Below, in pieces: positions 37,526 to 45,823 of a stretch of DNA of 64,000 bases. Source of the stretch: Actinomycetota bacterium (lineage in GTDB: Bacteria > Actinomycetota > UBA4738 > HRBIN12); assembly GCA_046734755.1 (NCBI GenBank), contig JBKPRY010000369.1, forward strand, positions 1,529 to 65,528, given 5' to 3'. The position numbers and the translations under genes were made by a program. The stretch's first letter is position 1; every line of letters begins with the position of its first letter. The notes under the pieces were generated by a model. That model worked only from the letters and a program-made list of their open reading frames with translations, ran no database searches and was not told where the DNA came from.

Positions 37526-38027
37526 TCAGCTCTTGGCGCCGATGAAGGCATCGAGTGCTCCGACTGCCTCTCGGCGGGCTATCGAGATCGTGTCGAGCTT
37601 CGAGGTGGAATGAGCGATCTCGACAGCGTCGCACGCGCGCCTGAAGATCTCGAGGATGCCGGTCGAGTGGTTTGTGAAGAAGTAGCGCGGATACGCGTAT
37701 CGGTGTGATCGCGAGCCGGATCAAGTTCGGAAACCTCAGGTCTTGAACGATGCGCAATCGGTAGGCGCGAGGATCTCGCGAGAGCCAGCCGTCGCCCAGA
37801 TAGAGACCCAGTAGGTACGAGTACGCGGGTTCGTCGAGCGGTCCAGATTCGCATCTGGGGCACGAGCCTCGGGCGGCCGTCCGCGTCCGTGACGCGCGCG
37901 GGGCTCGGCCGTGACGCCAATCGAGAATCGTGCGACGGCTGATCCCCGTTCTTCGCGCGACCTCGCAATCGTTCAGGCCTTCGGTCACGAGCGAGAGTGC
38001 TCGGTCGACCTCGTATCGTGGGTGCAC
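37526..38027 (-). pseudogene. Decayed HTH + zinc-ribbon + LAGLIDADG-like gene (internal deletion and frameshift)
   Basis: The N-terminal frame (from GTG 38027) gives an HTH (LNDCEVARRTGISRRTILDW), CPRC, and YSYLLGLYLGDGW (LAGLIDADG-like). It turns into Arg-rich nonsense after ...RLRIVQDLRFPNLI. A different frame (37720-37526) encodes a plausible C-terminus, RYAYPRYFFTNHSTGILEIFRRACDAVEI...ISIARREAVGALDAFIGAKS. Local GC is ~60% against ~70% in the flanks. Confidence 0.5.
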
Positions 38028-38029
38028 CC

Positions 38030-39181
38030 ATGTCCTCCCTGCGGGTAGAGCCGACCGTATATCGCGGTAGAGACAGCGGATTGGAAGGAGCCACGCTGAA
38101 GCTCGCCCGCTGGTGGTCCCCCCTGGCGATCGCCGTGCTGCTCGCCGCGTGTGAAACCGCGGCACCGGCGTCTCCGGCGGGACCGGGGTCGCCGACGCCC
38201 GTCGTCAAGGTCGCGTTCGTCCGCGACCTGTCGACGCCCGATGCGGAGGAGCACTCGCTCCCCGCGTCGCAGGCCATCCGCCTGGCGTTCGAGACCGCGA
38301 CGCTCCAGGACCCGGGCTCCGTGCCGGTCGAGCTCGAGGAGTTCGACCTCACGCAGGACGCGGCCGACCTCGCGTCGATCGACGCCGATCCGAGCTACGT
38401 GGCCGTGATCGTGGGCCCGGGGGTGAACGCCGACGACGCCGAGCTGGACACCGACCTGCCCGTCGTCAGCCTCTCGGGTCTAGGCGTGCGCGACGGGCGC
38501 CGGGCGTGGGTCCGGATCGTGCCCCCCCTGGCTACGACCGTCGACGCGTTGGCCGGCCGGCTCCGTCGGTCGAGCGCCTGCGTCCTCGCCGAGGATCCCC
38601 CGCCGGATCCGCTGTACGAACTGCTGTCCGAGGCCTTGCCCGGCGCCACGGCACGGACCGTCGATCCCTCGGCCGCGGCGTCGGTGGCCCGCGAGGCGGG
38701 ATGCGACGTCGTGATCTGGGCCGGGGGTCCGAACGCGGGTGGGGAGGCCGTTCCCTCCCTCCAGCGGCTCGACGTCGCGTTCATCGGCGGTGATCGGCTC
38801 CTCGATCCCGACTTCCTGTCGACCGCAGGATCCGCGGCCGAGGGAGCCGTCGCGCTCTGCGCCTGCGCGAACGTATCCACGTCCACCGAGCTCGCCGCAC
38901 GCAGATTCATCCAGGACTATCAGTCCGAGCATGGCGTCGCTCCCGGGGCGTTCGCCGTCGAGGGCTGGGACGCCGCCCACCTGATCCTGCGGGCCGAAGG
39001 CGATCGGGGGATCACTCGCGCCATGGTGGCTCGCTCGCTGGGCGGGCTCACCTCGGCCGACGGTCTCCAAGGGACGCGCCGGTTCGCCGCCGACGGCGAG
39101 CCGCTGGAACCCAGAGCGCTGCTCCGCCTGTATCGGGTCGAAGGCGGGCGGTGGGTCCGGGCCGGTTGGGACGAGATCTGA
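38030..39181 (+). CDS. Orphan type-1 periplasmic-binding-fold (LivK-like) lipoprotein (start uncertain)
   Basis: Lipobox AVLLAAC-E. Peripla_BP_6-like C-terminal pattern (RRFIQDYQSEHGVAPGAFAVEGWDAAHLILRA). There are no adjacent permease or ATPase genes. Confidence 0.7.
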   Translation: MSSLRVEPTVYRGRDSGLEGATLKLARWWSPLAIAVLLAACETAAPASPAGPGSPTPVVKVAFVRDLSTPDAEEHSLPASQAIRLAFETATLQDPGSVPVELEEFDLTQDAADLASIDADPSYVAVIVGPGVNADDAELDTDLPVVSLSGLGVRDGRRAWVRIVPPLATTVDALAGRLRRSSACVLAEDPPPDPLYELLSEALPGATARTVDPSAAASVAREAGCDVVIWAGGPNAGGEAVPSLQRLDVAFIGGDRLLDPDFLSTAGSAAEGAVALCACANVSTSTELAARRFIQDYQSEHGVAPGAFAVEGWDAAHLILRAEGDRGITRAMVARSLGGLTSADGLQGTRRFAADGEPLEPRALLRLYRVEGGRWVRAGWDEI

Positions 39182-39284
39182 CGGGCACCGGTGCGTGAGG
39201 GGAGGTTGAGCGGGAGACCCGATCCGGGGGAGGATAGGTGCTTCGCACCTTCGAGCACGACCAGAACACGAGGAGGGGGACGCG

Positions 39285-40166
39285 GTGAAGCGGACGAGAG
39301 TCTGGCTGGCAGCGCTGATCGCGGTGTTCGCGCTGATCGTGGCTGCCTGCGCGAGCAACGAGGACGAGGGCCCGACCGCCGGAACGGGCGCGACGGCGGC
39401 GACGGGAACGACCGGCGCCACGGGTGCGACCGGGATCCCCGCGTTCACGACCATCGAGGAGGGCAAGCTCACCGTCGGCTCGTGCCTGGACTACCCGCCC
39501 TTCGAATCGGTCAAGGGGGGCGTCGAGACCGGGTTCGACGTGGACATCACCACCGAGATCGCCAGCCGGCTCGATCTCGAGGTCGTATGGGTGAAGGCCG
39601 ACTTCGACACGATCTTCACCGCGGTCGCGGGCAACGAGTTCGACATGGTGGCCGCCGCGTCGACGATCACCGACGAGCGCGAACAGGTCGTGGACTTCTC
39701 CGTCCCGTACTACAACGCGCTGCAGTCCCTGACGGTGAACACGCAGAAGACGCCGGATATCACCTCGACCGACCAACTCGGCCAGGGTGACGTGGTGGGC
39801 GTCCAGAAGGGCACGACGGGCAAGATCTGGGCCGAGGAGAACCTCGTGCCGCAAGGCGTCGAACTCAAGACGTTCACGGCATCCCCGGACTCGTTCCGCG
39901 ACCTCGAGGCCGGCAATGTCGTGGGCGTCATCAACGACGCAACCGCATCGATCGAGATCATCAAGGATCTGCCGGCGCTCGAAGTCGTCCAGCAGATCGA
40001 TACGAACGAGCACTACGGGCTCGCCTTCTCCCCGTCGAACCCTGATCTTCGAGAGGCGGTGAATACGGTCTTCGCGCAGATGGTCGCCGACGGGACCTAC
40101 GCCACGATCTACGAGAAGTACTTCTCGGCCGAGTCTCTGCCGCCGGAGTTCGCACCGAGCTCCTGA
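39285..40166 (+). CDS. Polar amino-acid ABC substrate-binding lipoprotein (family 3)
   Basis: Lipobox LIVAAC-A. SBP_bac_3-like core (GSCLDYPPFE, GFDVDI, FDMVAAASTITDER, GVQKGTTG). Confidence 0.85.
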   Translation: MKRTRVWLAALIAVFALIVAACASNEDEGPTAGTGATAATGTTGATGATGIPAFTTIEEGKLTVGSCLDYPPFESVKGGVETGFDVDITTEIASRLDLEVVWVKADFDTIFTAVAGNEFDMVAAASTITDEREQVVDFSVPYYNALQSLTVNTQKTPDITSTDQLGQGDVVGVQKGTTGKIWAEENLVPQGVELKTFTASPDSFRDLEAGNVVGVINDATASIEIIKDLPALEVVQQIDTNEHYGLAFSPSNPDLREAVNTVFAQMVADGTYATIYEKYFSAESLPPEFAPSS

Positions 40167-40180
40167 CGAACCGTTCGATC

Positions 40181-40215
40181 GCAAGGGCCCGCGCGAACCT
40201 CGCGCGGGCCCTTGC
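40181..40215 (+). terminator. Perfect 15-bp GC-rich stem-loop between the binding-protein and permease genes
   Basis: GCAAGGGCCCGCGCG - AACCT - CGCGCGGGCCCTTGC. It is followed by SD GGAGGTGA and ATG 40233. There is no U-tract. Confidence 0.5.
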
Positions 40216-40232
40216 ATCCATGGAGGTGACGC

Positions 40233-41384
40233 ATGGCCGCCGTACGGGAAGCCCCTTCGATCGAGCCCGAGGTCGCCCCCGACGTCCGAGGACCGACGGC
40301 CCCGTTGCCGGCCACGATCCTCGGGCTCGGTATCGCCTCCTTGGTCGTGATCACCTTAGGAGTAGTGTTCACCCAGGCGAACTACGCGCTGTCCGAACGC
40401 GTCATGACGCGGTATTGCGTCGATCAGGAGATCTCTCCGGACGACAACGGCGGGATCGGCGTGTGCAACATCATCGAGGCACTCCAGGATCCCGTCACCT
40501 CGGGAACCGTCTACACGGGGATCGTGCTCGGGGCGATCGCGCTCGTGCTCGGCGCGTCCACGTACCGCCGGATGGACTCCAAGCGCAAGCGGGACCAGGC
40601 GATCAACGGAGCCATCCTAGGATCGCAGGGGATCCTCCTCGCTGCCTTCCTCCTGTGGTTCCGCGCGGTCAGCCCGGGCCTGTTCGCTAAGCACTTCCTC
40701 AACTTCGCGGATCTGCAAGGGTACGGCGGCGCGTTCCTGCGTGGCATCCGGAACACGCTCCTGCTGGCGTTCGCGGGTGAGTTGGGTGGCATCATGATCG
40801 GCCTGATCCTCGGGGTCCTGACGCTCTCCAAGCGACGCGTCGTGCGGGCGCCTGCGCGCACGTACATCAATTTCTTCCGTGGCACACCCTTGATCTGGCA
40901 GCTCTTCACCGGGTACTTCATGCTGCTCTTCGGATTCGGCCTCCGCATATCTGCGTTCGCGATCGCGATCATCGTGTTCGCCTTGAACACGGGGGCGTAC
41001 GCGGCCGAGGTGTTCAGGGCAGGCATCCAGTCGATCGAGAGGGGGCAGATGGAGGCGGCCCGATCCCTCGGGATGAGCTACTTCCAGGCCATGCGGTACG
41101 CGATCGTGCCGCAGGCCGTGCGCCGCGTGATCCCCCCCCTCATGAACGAGTTCGTGATCCTGATCAAGGACACGGCCCTGGTGCTCGTGCTTGGGCTGAC
41201 GGAGTCCCAATACGACATCCTCACGGCCGCACGCGAGGGACAGGCGGCGACCTTCAACGCCTCCTTCTTCACCGCCGCCGCGATCGCGTATCTGGTCATC
41301 ACGCTCCCACTGATCCGGCTCGTCAACGCCGCCGAGAAGCGTCTTCGCAGTGGCCTGGTCGGGATCGCGGGGGCCGGGGCGTGA
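40233..41384 (+). CDS. Polar amino-acid ABC permease (HisM/GlnP family) with a ~150-aa N-terminal extension
   Basis: EAA-loop [34 protein letters not shown]. The extra N-terminal helices flank a Cys-containing loop (YCVDQE...GVCNI). Confidence 0.85.
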   Translation: MAAVREAPSIEPEVAPDVRGPTAPLPATILGLGIASLVVITLGVVFTQANYALSERVMTRYCVDQEISPDDNGGIGVCNIIEALQDPVTSGTVYTGIVLGAIALVLGASTYRRMDSKRKRDQAINGAILGSQGILLAAFLLWFRAVSPGLFAKHFLNFADLQGYGGAFLRGIRNTLLLAFAGELGGIMIGLILGVLTLSKRRVVRAPARTYINFFRGTPLIWQLFTGYFMLLFGFGLRISAFAIAIIVFALNTGAYAAEVFRAGIQSIERGQMEAARSLGMSYFQAMRYAIVPQAVRRVIPPLMNEFVILIKDTALVLVLGLTESQYDILTAAREGQAATFNASFFTAAAIAYLVITLPLIRLVNAAEKRLRSGLVGIAGAGA

Positions 41385-42157
41385 CCGAATCGGAGGCGAC
41401 CCTTGCTCCGGTGAAGCCCTCGGCGACCGAACCGTTGGTGCGGCTGGAAAGCATCCACAAATGGTTCGGGAACCTGCACGTCCTCAAGGGCGTGGACCTC
41501 GAGATGCACCAGCGCGACGTGTTGGTCGTCATCGGACCCTCCGGTGGTGGCAAGTCCACGCTGCTCCGGTGCACGAACCTGCTCGAGGTCCCGACGCTGG
41601 GGAAGGTCTGGTTCGAAGGCAAGGACATCACCGACGTCCGCTCGGACCTCAACGAGGTCCGGACCCATATCGGCATCGTGTTCCAGGCCTACAACCTGTT
41701 CCCGCACATGACGGCCCTTCAGAACTTGACCGTGGCGCTGGAGAAGGTCCTGAAGCTCCCCGACGACGAGGCCCACGATCGCGCCATGGATCAGCTCGCC
41801 AAGGTGGGGATGGGCCACAAGGCTGCCGCCTATCCCGGGCAGCTCTCGGGGGGGCAGCAGCAACGTGTCGCGATCGCCCGGGCCCTCGCTATGCGGCCGA
41901 AGGTCATGCTGTTCGACGAGGTCACCTCGGCGCTCGACCCCGAGCTCGTGGGGGAGGTCCTCGAGGTGATGATCCGCCTCGCCGGCGAAGGGATGACGAT
42001 GATGGTGGTCACCCACGAGATGGGCTTCGCGCGTGAGGTGGGTACGCGGATGCTCTTCCTCGACGACGGGAAGGTCGGCGAGGAGGGTGAACCCAAGGAG
42101 ATGTTCCGCAGCCCGAAGAGCGACCGCCTGCGGCAGTTCCTCGACAAGGTGCTCTAG
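41381..42157 (+). CDS. Polar amino-acid ABC ATPase (GlnQ/HisP family)
   Basis: GTGA overlap with the permease. Walker [10 protein letters not shown], signature [15 protein letters not shown], Walker [14 protein letters not shown]. Confidence 0.92.
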   Translation: MTESEATLAPVKPSATEPLVRLESIHKWFGNLHVLKGVDLEMHQRDVLVVIGPSGGGKSTLLRCTNLLEVPTLGKVWFEGKDITDVRSDLNEVRTHIGIVFQAYNLFPHMTALQNLTVALEKVLKLPDDEAHDRAMDQLAKVGMGHKAAAYPGQLSGGQQQRVAIARALAMRPKVMLFDEVTSALDPELVGEVLEVMIRLAGEGMTMMVVTHEMGFAREVGTRMLFLDDGKVGEEGEPKEMFRSPKSDRLRQFLDKVL

Positions 42158-42169
42158 AGGGTCGTCGCG

Positions 42170-42535
42170 TTGCACTGGTCCCCGGCTCGTGTCGTCCTGG
42201 TCGCCGTCGCGGTCGTCGCCCTGGTCCTGGCGTCGGCGTTTCCGGACGACGAGGAACGCCCCTACGTCGTGACGGCGATCGACTATCACTTCCACGACGC
42301 CCATCCCACGCTGCCGATCGGTCCGGGGCGCGACCTGATCGTCCGGAACCAGGGCAGCAACGTCCACAACGTGACGATCCCGGCGCTCGGGATCTCGCGG
42401 AACGTGCGCCCCGGTGGGCAGGTCGTGATCGGCTCGATCGCGGACCGGCTCCCCCCCGGTCGTTACGAACTCTTTTGCCAGATCCACCTGGCCGCGTTCG
42501 GCATGAAGGGCGTGATCGTCATCGCATCGGAGTGA
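42170..42535 (+). CDS. Small membrane-anchored cupredoxin-like (type-1 copper) protein
   Basis: N-terminal hydrophobic anchor (VVLVAVAVVALVLASAF). Candidate copper ligands are His in NVHNVT and C-x2-H-x5-M in FCQIHLAAFGM. The gene starts 12 nt after the ABC ATPase stop. Confidence 0.6.
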   Translation: MHWSPARVVLVAVAVVALVLASAFPDDEERPYVVTAIDYHFHDAHPTLPIGPGRDLIVRNQGSNVHNVTIPALGISRNVRPGGQVVIGSIADRLPPGRYELFCQIHLAAFGMKGVIVIASE

Positions 42536-43074
42536 GGTGGAGGGTTCGTTCCCGGCGTTGGCGCAGTCGGGGCCCCCGCAACAAAGGATCGACGGGCCGA
42601 GGAACCTTTGGATCCGCTCACGCCTTCCCCATACGCGAGCGTTGTCTACTCGGTTCCTCGACCCGTCAAAAGGTGGCCCCAAGCGACCCGGACTCCCGGG
42701 AACCGGCGCCCCTCCGTCTCGTTGGAACGCTCTCGGGGACTCGCGCCCCCTCGTCCGATCCACTCGACGGAAGCGGTTTCCGCCTCCCGATCCCAGCGAC
42801 CGCTCGGGACCGGAGCGAAATGTAGCGACGAGCCTCGGGCCTGTCAACGCGATGAGAGCGGTTGGGCTGCAAGGAGATCCGAACGACGTTGCTGGTAGCG
42901 GCGCGGGCGTTGACGACGAAGAAAGAGTGACAAACGGCGACACCGTTGGTGACGCATGTCTCGGAGACGTCGTCGAAGCTTCGCCGCCGCGCCACGACCA
43001 GCGGGTATCCGTTCCGGCCCCACGTCGACGAACGAGATCCACACGTTCGATGCCTGTCGTCGAGCCGCGCTAGG

Positions 43075-45729
43075 ATGCCGCGCGTGACCCCTCGCGCCGC
43101 CGATCCGCCGAGGCGGCTGTTCCTCCTCGACGGCCACAGCCTGTCGTACCGCGCGTTCTTCGCGCTTCCACCCTCGCTGGCGACGACATCCGGCCAGGTG
43201 ACGAACGCGGTCTACGGCTTCACGTCGATGCTGATCAAGCTCCTAGCGGAGGAACGTCCGGACCTGATCGCGGTGGCCTTTGACGTCGGCAAGCCCACCG
43301 CCCGGCTCGAGAAGTACGCCGAGTACAAGGCGGGGCGGCCCGAGACGCCCGACGAGTTCCGCCAGCAGCTCGGGCTGATCGTCGAGGTGCTGGAAACCCT
43401 GCGGATCCCGGTGATCGGCATCGAGGGCCACGAGGCGGATGACGCGATCGCGACGCTCGCCCTGCGTTCGCTCGAACAGGGCATCGAGGTGGTCATCGTG
43501 ACCGCGGACCGGGACTTCTTCCAGCTCGTGCGGCCCGGGTTGACCGTGATGTTCAACGTCAAGGGCATCTCCGACATCCGCAGGTACGACGTCGAGGCGG
43601 TGACCGAGCGGTTCGGGCTCCCGCCGGAGAAGTACCTCGACTACGTGGCCCTCAAGGGGGACGCCTCGGACAACATCCCGGGGGTACCGGGGGTCGGCGA
43701 GAAGACCGCGTCGAGGCTCGTGCAGGACTTCGGCTCGGTCGAGGAGCTGCTGACCCGGACCGACGAGCTCAAGGGCAAGCTGAAGGAGTCGATCTCGGCG
43801 GCCGGCGAGCAGCTCGCCCTCAACAAGGAGCTGGCCGAGCTCAACACCGACGTCGACGTCGACCTCGAGCCGGAGGACGCGGTCATGGGGGAGTGGGACC
43901 TTGAGGCCGTGCGGCGGCTGTTCACCTCCCTAGAGTTCCGAACGCTGTTCGAGCGGCTCGAGGAGGTGGGTCGGAGCGCGAAGCCCGCCGTCGAGGTGGC
44001 CGAGCTCGACCTTCGAAAGGTCGACGTGACCGACGCGGTCACCCTCGTCGCGGCGGACGGACCGAAGGCGATCCGGCTCGATCTGGAGGACCGCGAGGTG
44101 CGAGGCGTTGCCGTCTCGGTGGGCGGGGGGCAGGCCGCCTTCGCGGACGTGCGGGACCTCGAGGCGTTCGCGGCGGCCCTCGGCAGGGACGACCTGCCGA
44201 AGTGGATCCACGACGCCAAGGACCTCGAGACGGCGGTCGTCGCGGAGGGCCGGTCGCTCGCCGGCGTCCGGACGGACACGATGCTGGCGGCCTACCTGCT
44301 CGACCCGGCCGCCCCGAGCTTCGAGCTTCAACCGTTGAGCGAGCAGTACCTCGGGACCGACGTGCTCGGCTCGGTCGCCGAGGAGGTCGAAGGCGAACTG
44401 TTCGGCGAGGCCTGGCGGCGGACCGCGGCCGAGGCCGCGGCGGTGGCGCTGCTCGCTCCGGTGCTCGACGAACGCATCGACAAGGCCGGGCTCCGTCGCC
44501 TGCTCGACGAGGTCGAGCTCCCGCTGTCCTCGGTCCTGGCGCGGATGCAGGCGAACGGCGTCGCGCTGGACGTCGCCTACCTCGAGGAGATGGCCGAGGG
44601 CGTGCGGGACACGATGAGGACACTGCAGGTCCGGATCTACGACCTTGCCGGGGAGGAGTTCAACCTGAACTCGCCCCCACAGCTCCGCGCGATCTTGTAC
44701 GACAAGCTCCAGCTCTCACCGGGCAAGAAGACGCCCAAGGGGCAGCTCTCCACCGACGCGAGCGTTCTCGAGAAGCTCCGCGACGTCCATCCGATCGTGG
44801 ACGCGATCCTGTCCTGGCGCGAGCTCGACAAGCTGAACTCGACGTACCTCGACGCCCTGCCCAAACAGGTGGATCCGCGGGACGGGCGCGTCCACACCAC
44901 CTTCAACCAGACGGGCGCGGCGACCGGGCGGTTGTCCTCGACCAACCCGAACCTGCAGAACATCCCGGTCCGCGGTGAGCTGGGTCGCCAGATCCGTCGG
45001 GCGTTCGTGCCGGGTTCGAAGGGCGACCTGTTGCTCGTCGCCGACTACTCGCAGATCGAGCTCCGGGTCCTCGCACACCTCGCCGACGACCGGGGACTGA
45101 AGGCGGCCTTCGAGTCCGGGGCCGACATCCACACGGCGACGTCGGCCCGCGTGTTCGGGCTGCCCGAGGACCAGGTCGACCCGGCCACACGCAGCCGCGC
45201 CAAGATGATCAACTACGGGCTCGCCTACGGGATGAACGCGTTCGGCTTGGCGTCGCGGCTCGAGATCACGCCGGACGAGGCTCAGGAGTTCATCGATTCC
45301 TACTTCGCGGCCTTCCCGCAGATCCGCGACTTCCTGGACCGGCAGGTCGCGCGCGCGGCGGCCGAGGGGTTCACCGAGACGCTGCTGGGGCGCCGACGGT
45401 ACATCCCCGAGCTCCAGGCGGCCAATCCCCGAGTCCGTGACATGGGCCGGCGGATGGCGCTCAATGCGCCGATCCAGGGGAGCGCGGCCGACGTCTTCAA
45501 GCTCGGCATGATCGGGGTGGACGCCGCGCTCCGGGGCTCCGACCTGGAGTGCCGCATGCTCCTCACCGTGCACGACGAGCTGGTGTTCGAGGTCTCCGAG
45601 CGGCGCGTGGAGCAAGCGGCCCACCTCGTCAAGCGCGCGATGGAGGCCGCCTACGAGCTGGACGTGCCGCTGCGGGCCGACATCGGCTGGGGAGCGAACT
45701 GGGCCGAGGCCGTCCCCGCCGGGCACTGA
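43075..45729 (+). CDS. polA: DNA polymerase I (start ATG 43075, or possibly leaderless GTG 43084)
   Basis: 5'-nuclease N-terminus (LFLLDGHSLSYRAFFAL, GVPGVGEKTA). Pol A motifs DYSQIELRVLAH, RSRAKMINYGLAYG and QVHDE-like TVHDELVFE. TAGGAT at 43071-43076 is a -10-like box. Confidence 0.95.
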   Translation: MPRVTPRAADPPRRLFLLDGHSLSYRAFFALPPSLATTSGQVTNAVYGFTSMLIKLLAEERPDLIAVAFDVGKPTARLEKYAEYKAGRPETPDEFRQQLGLIVEVLETLRIPVIGIEGHEADDAIATLALRSLEQGIEVVIVTADRDFFQLVRPGLTVMFNVKGISDIRRYDVEAVTERFGLPPEKYLDYVALKGDASDNIPGVPGVGEKTASRLVQDFGSVEELLTRTDELKGKLKESISAAGEQLALNKELAELNTDVDVDLEPEDAVMGEWDLEAVRRLFTSLEFRTLFERLEEVGRSAKPAVEVAELDLRKVDVTDAVTLVAADGPKAIRLDLEDREVRGVAVSVGGGQAAFADVRDLEAFAAALGRDDLPKWIHDAKDLETAVVAEGRSLAGVRTDTMLAAYLLDPAAPSFELQPLSEQYLGTDVLGSVAEEVEGELFGEAWRRTAAEAAAVALLAPVLDERIDKAGLRRLLDEVELPLSSVLARMQANGVALDVAYLEEMAEGVRDTMRTLQVRIYDLAGEEFNLNSPPQLRAILYDKLQLSPGKKTPKGQLSTDASVLEKLRDVHPIVDAILSWRELDKLNSTYLDALPKQVDPRDGRVHTTFNQTGAATGRLSSTNPNLQNIPVRGELGRQIRRAFVPGSKGDLLLVADYSQIELRVLAHLADDRGLKAAFESGADIHTATSARVFGLPEDQVDPATRSRAKMINYGLAYGMNAFGLASRLEITPDEAQEFIDSYFAAFPQIRDFLDRQVARAAAEGFTETLLGRRRYIPELQAANPRVRDMGRRMALNAPIQGSAADVFKLGMIGVDAALRGSDLECRMLLTVHDELVFEVSERRVEQAAHLVKRAMEAAYELDVPLRADIGWGANWAEAVPAGH

Positions 45730-45823
45730 TTCGGTCACGGCGTTGACGCCGTTTCCGCTGGTCACCTACCATCCCTGAGCCGCGAGGCGCACCAGCACCC
45801 CGGCGAATCCCAAGGGTCGGTCG

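Noticed and set aside
37518-38165. 215-aa ORF taken at face value as an intact HTH regulator.
   Set aside because: Only residues ~47-150 look protein-like. The N-terminal 46 aa and C-terminal ~65 aa are Arg-rich. A second frame encodes the sensible C-terminus. It is therefore interpreted as a pseudogene.
42542-42556. GGGTTCGTTCCCGGC, a T-arm-like sequence at the start of the polA upstream gap. Considered as a possible tRNA or tmRNA 3' end.
   Set aside because: No acceptor stem, anticodon arm or tmRNA tag/pseudoknot context could be built around it on either strand. The loop is one nt short of the TTCGAAT/TTCGATT pattern.
42537-43073. 178-aa ORF filling the whole cupredoxin-polA gap, plus a nested 73-aa ORF from ATG 42852.
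   Set aside because: Third codon positions are not GC-enriched as in neighbouring genes. The product is Pro/Arg/Ser-rich with no motif or SD. It is kept only as an unexplained region in the findings.
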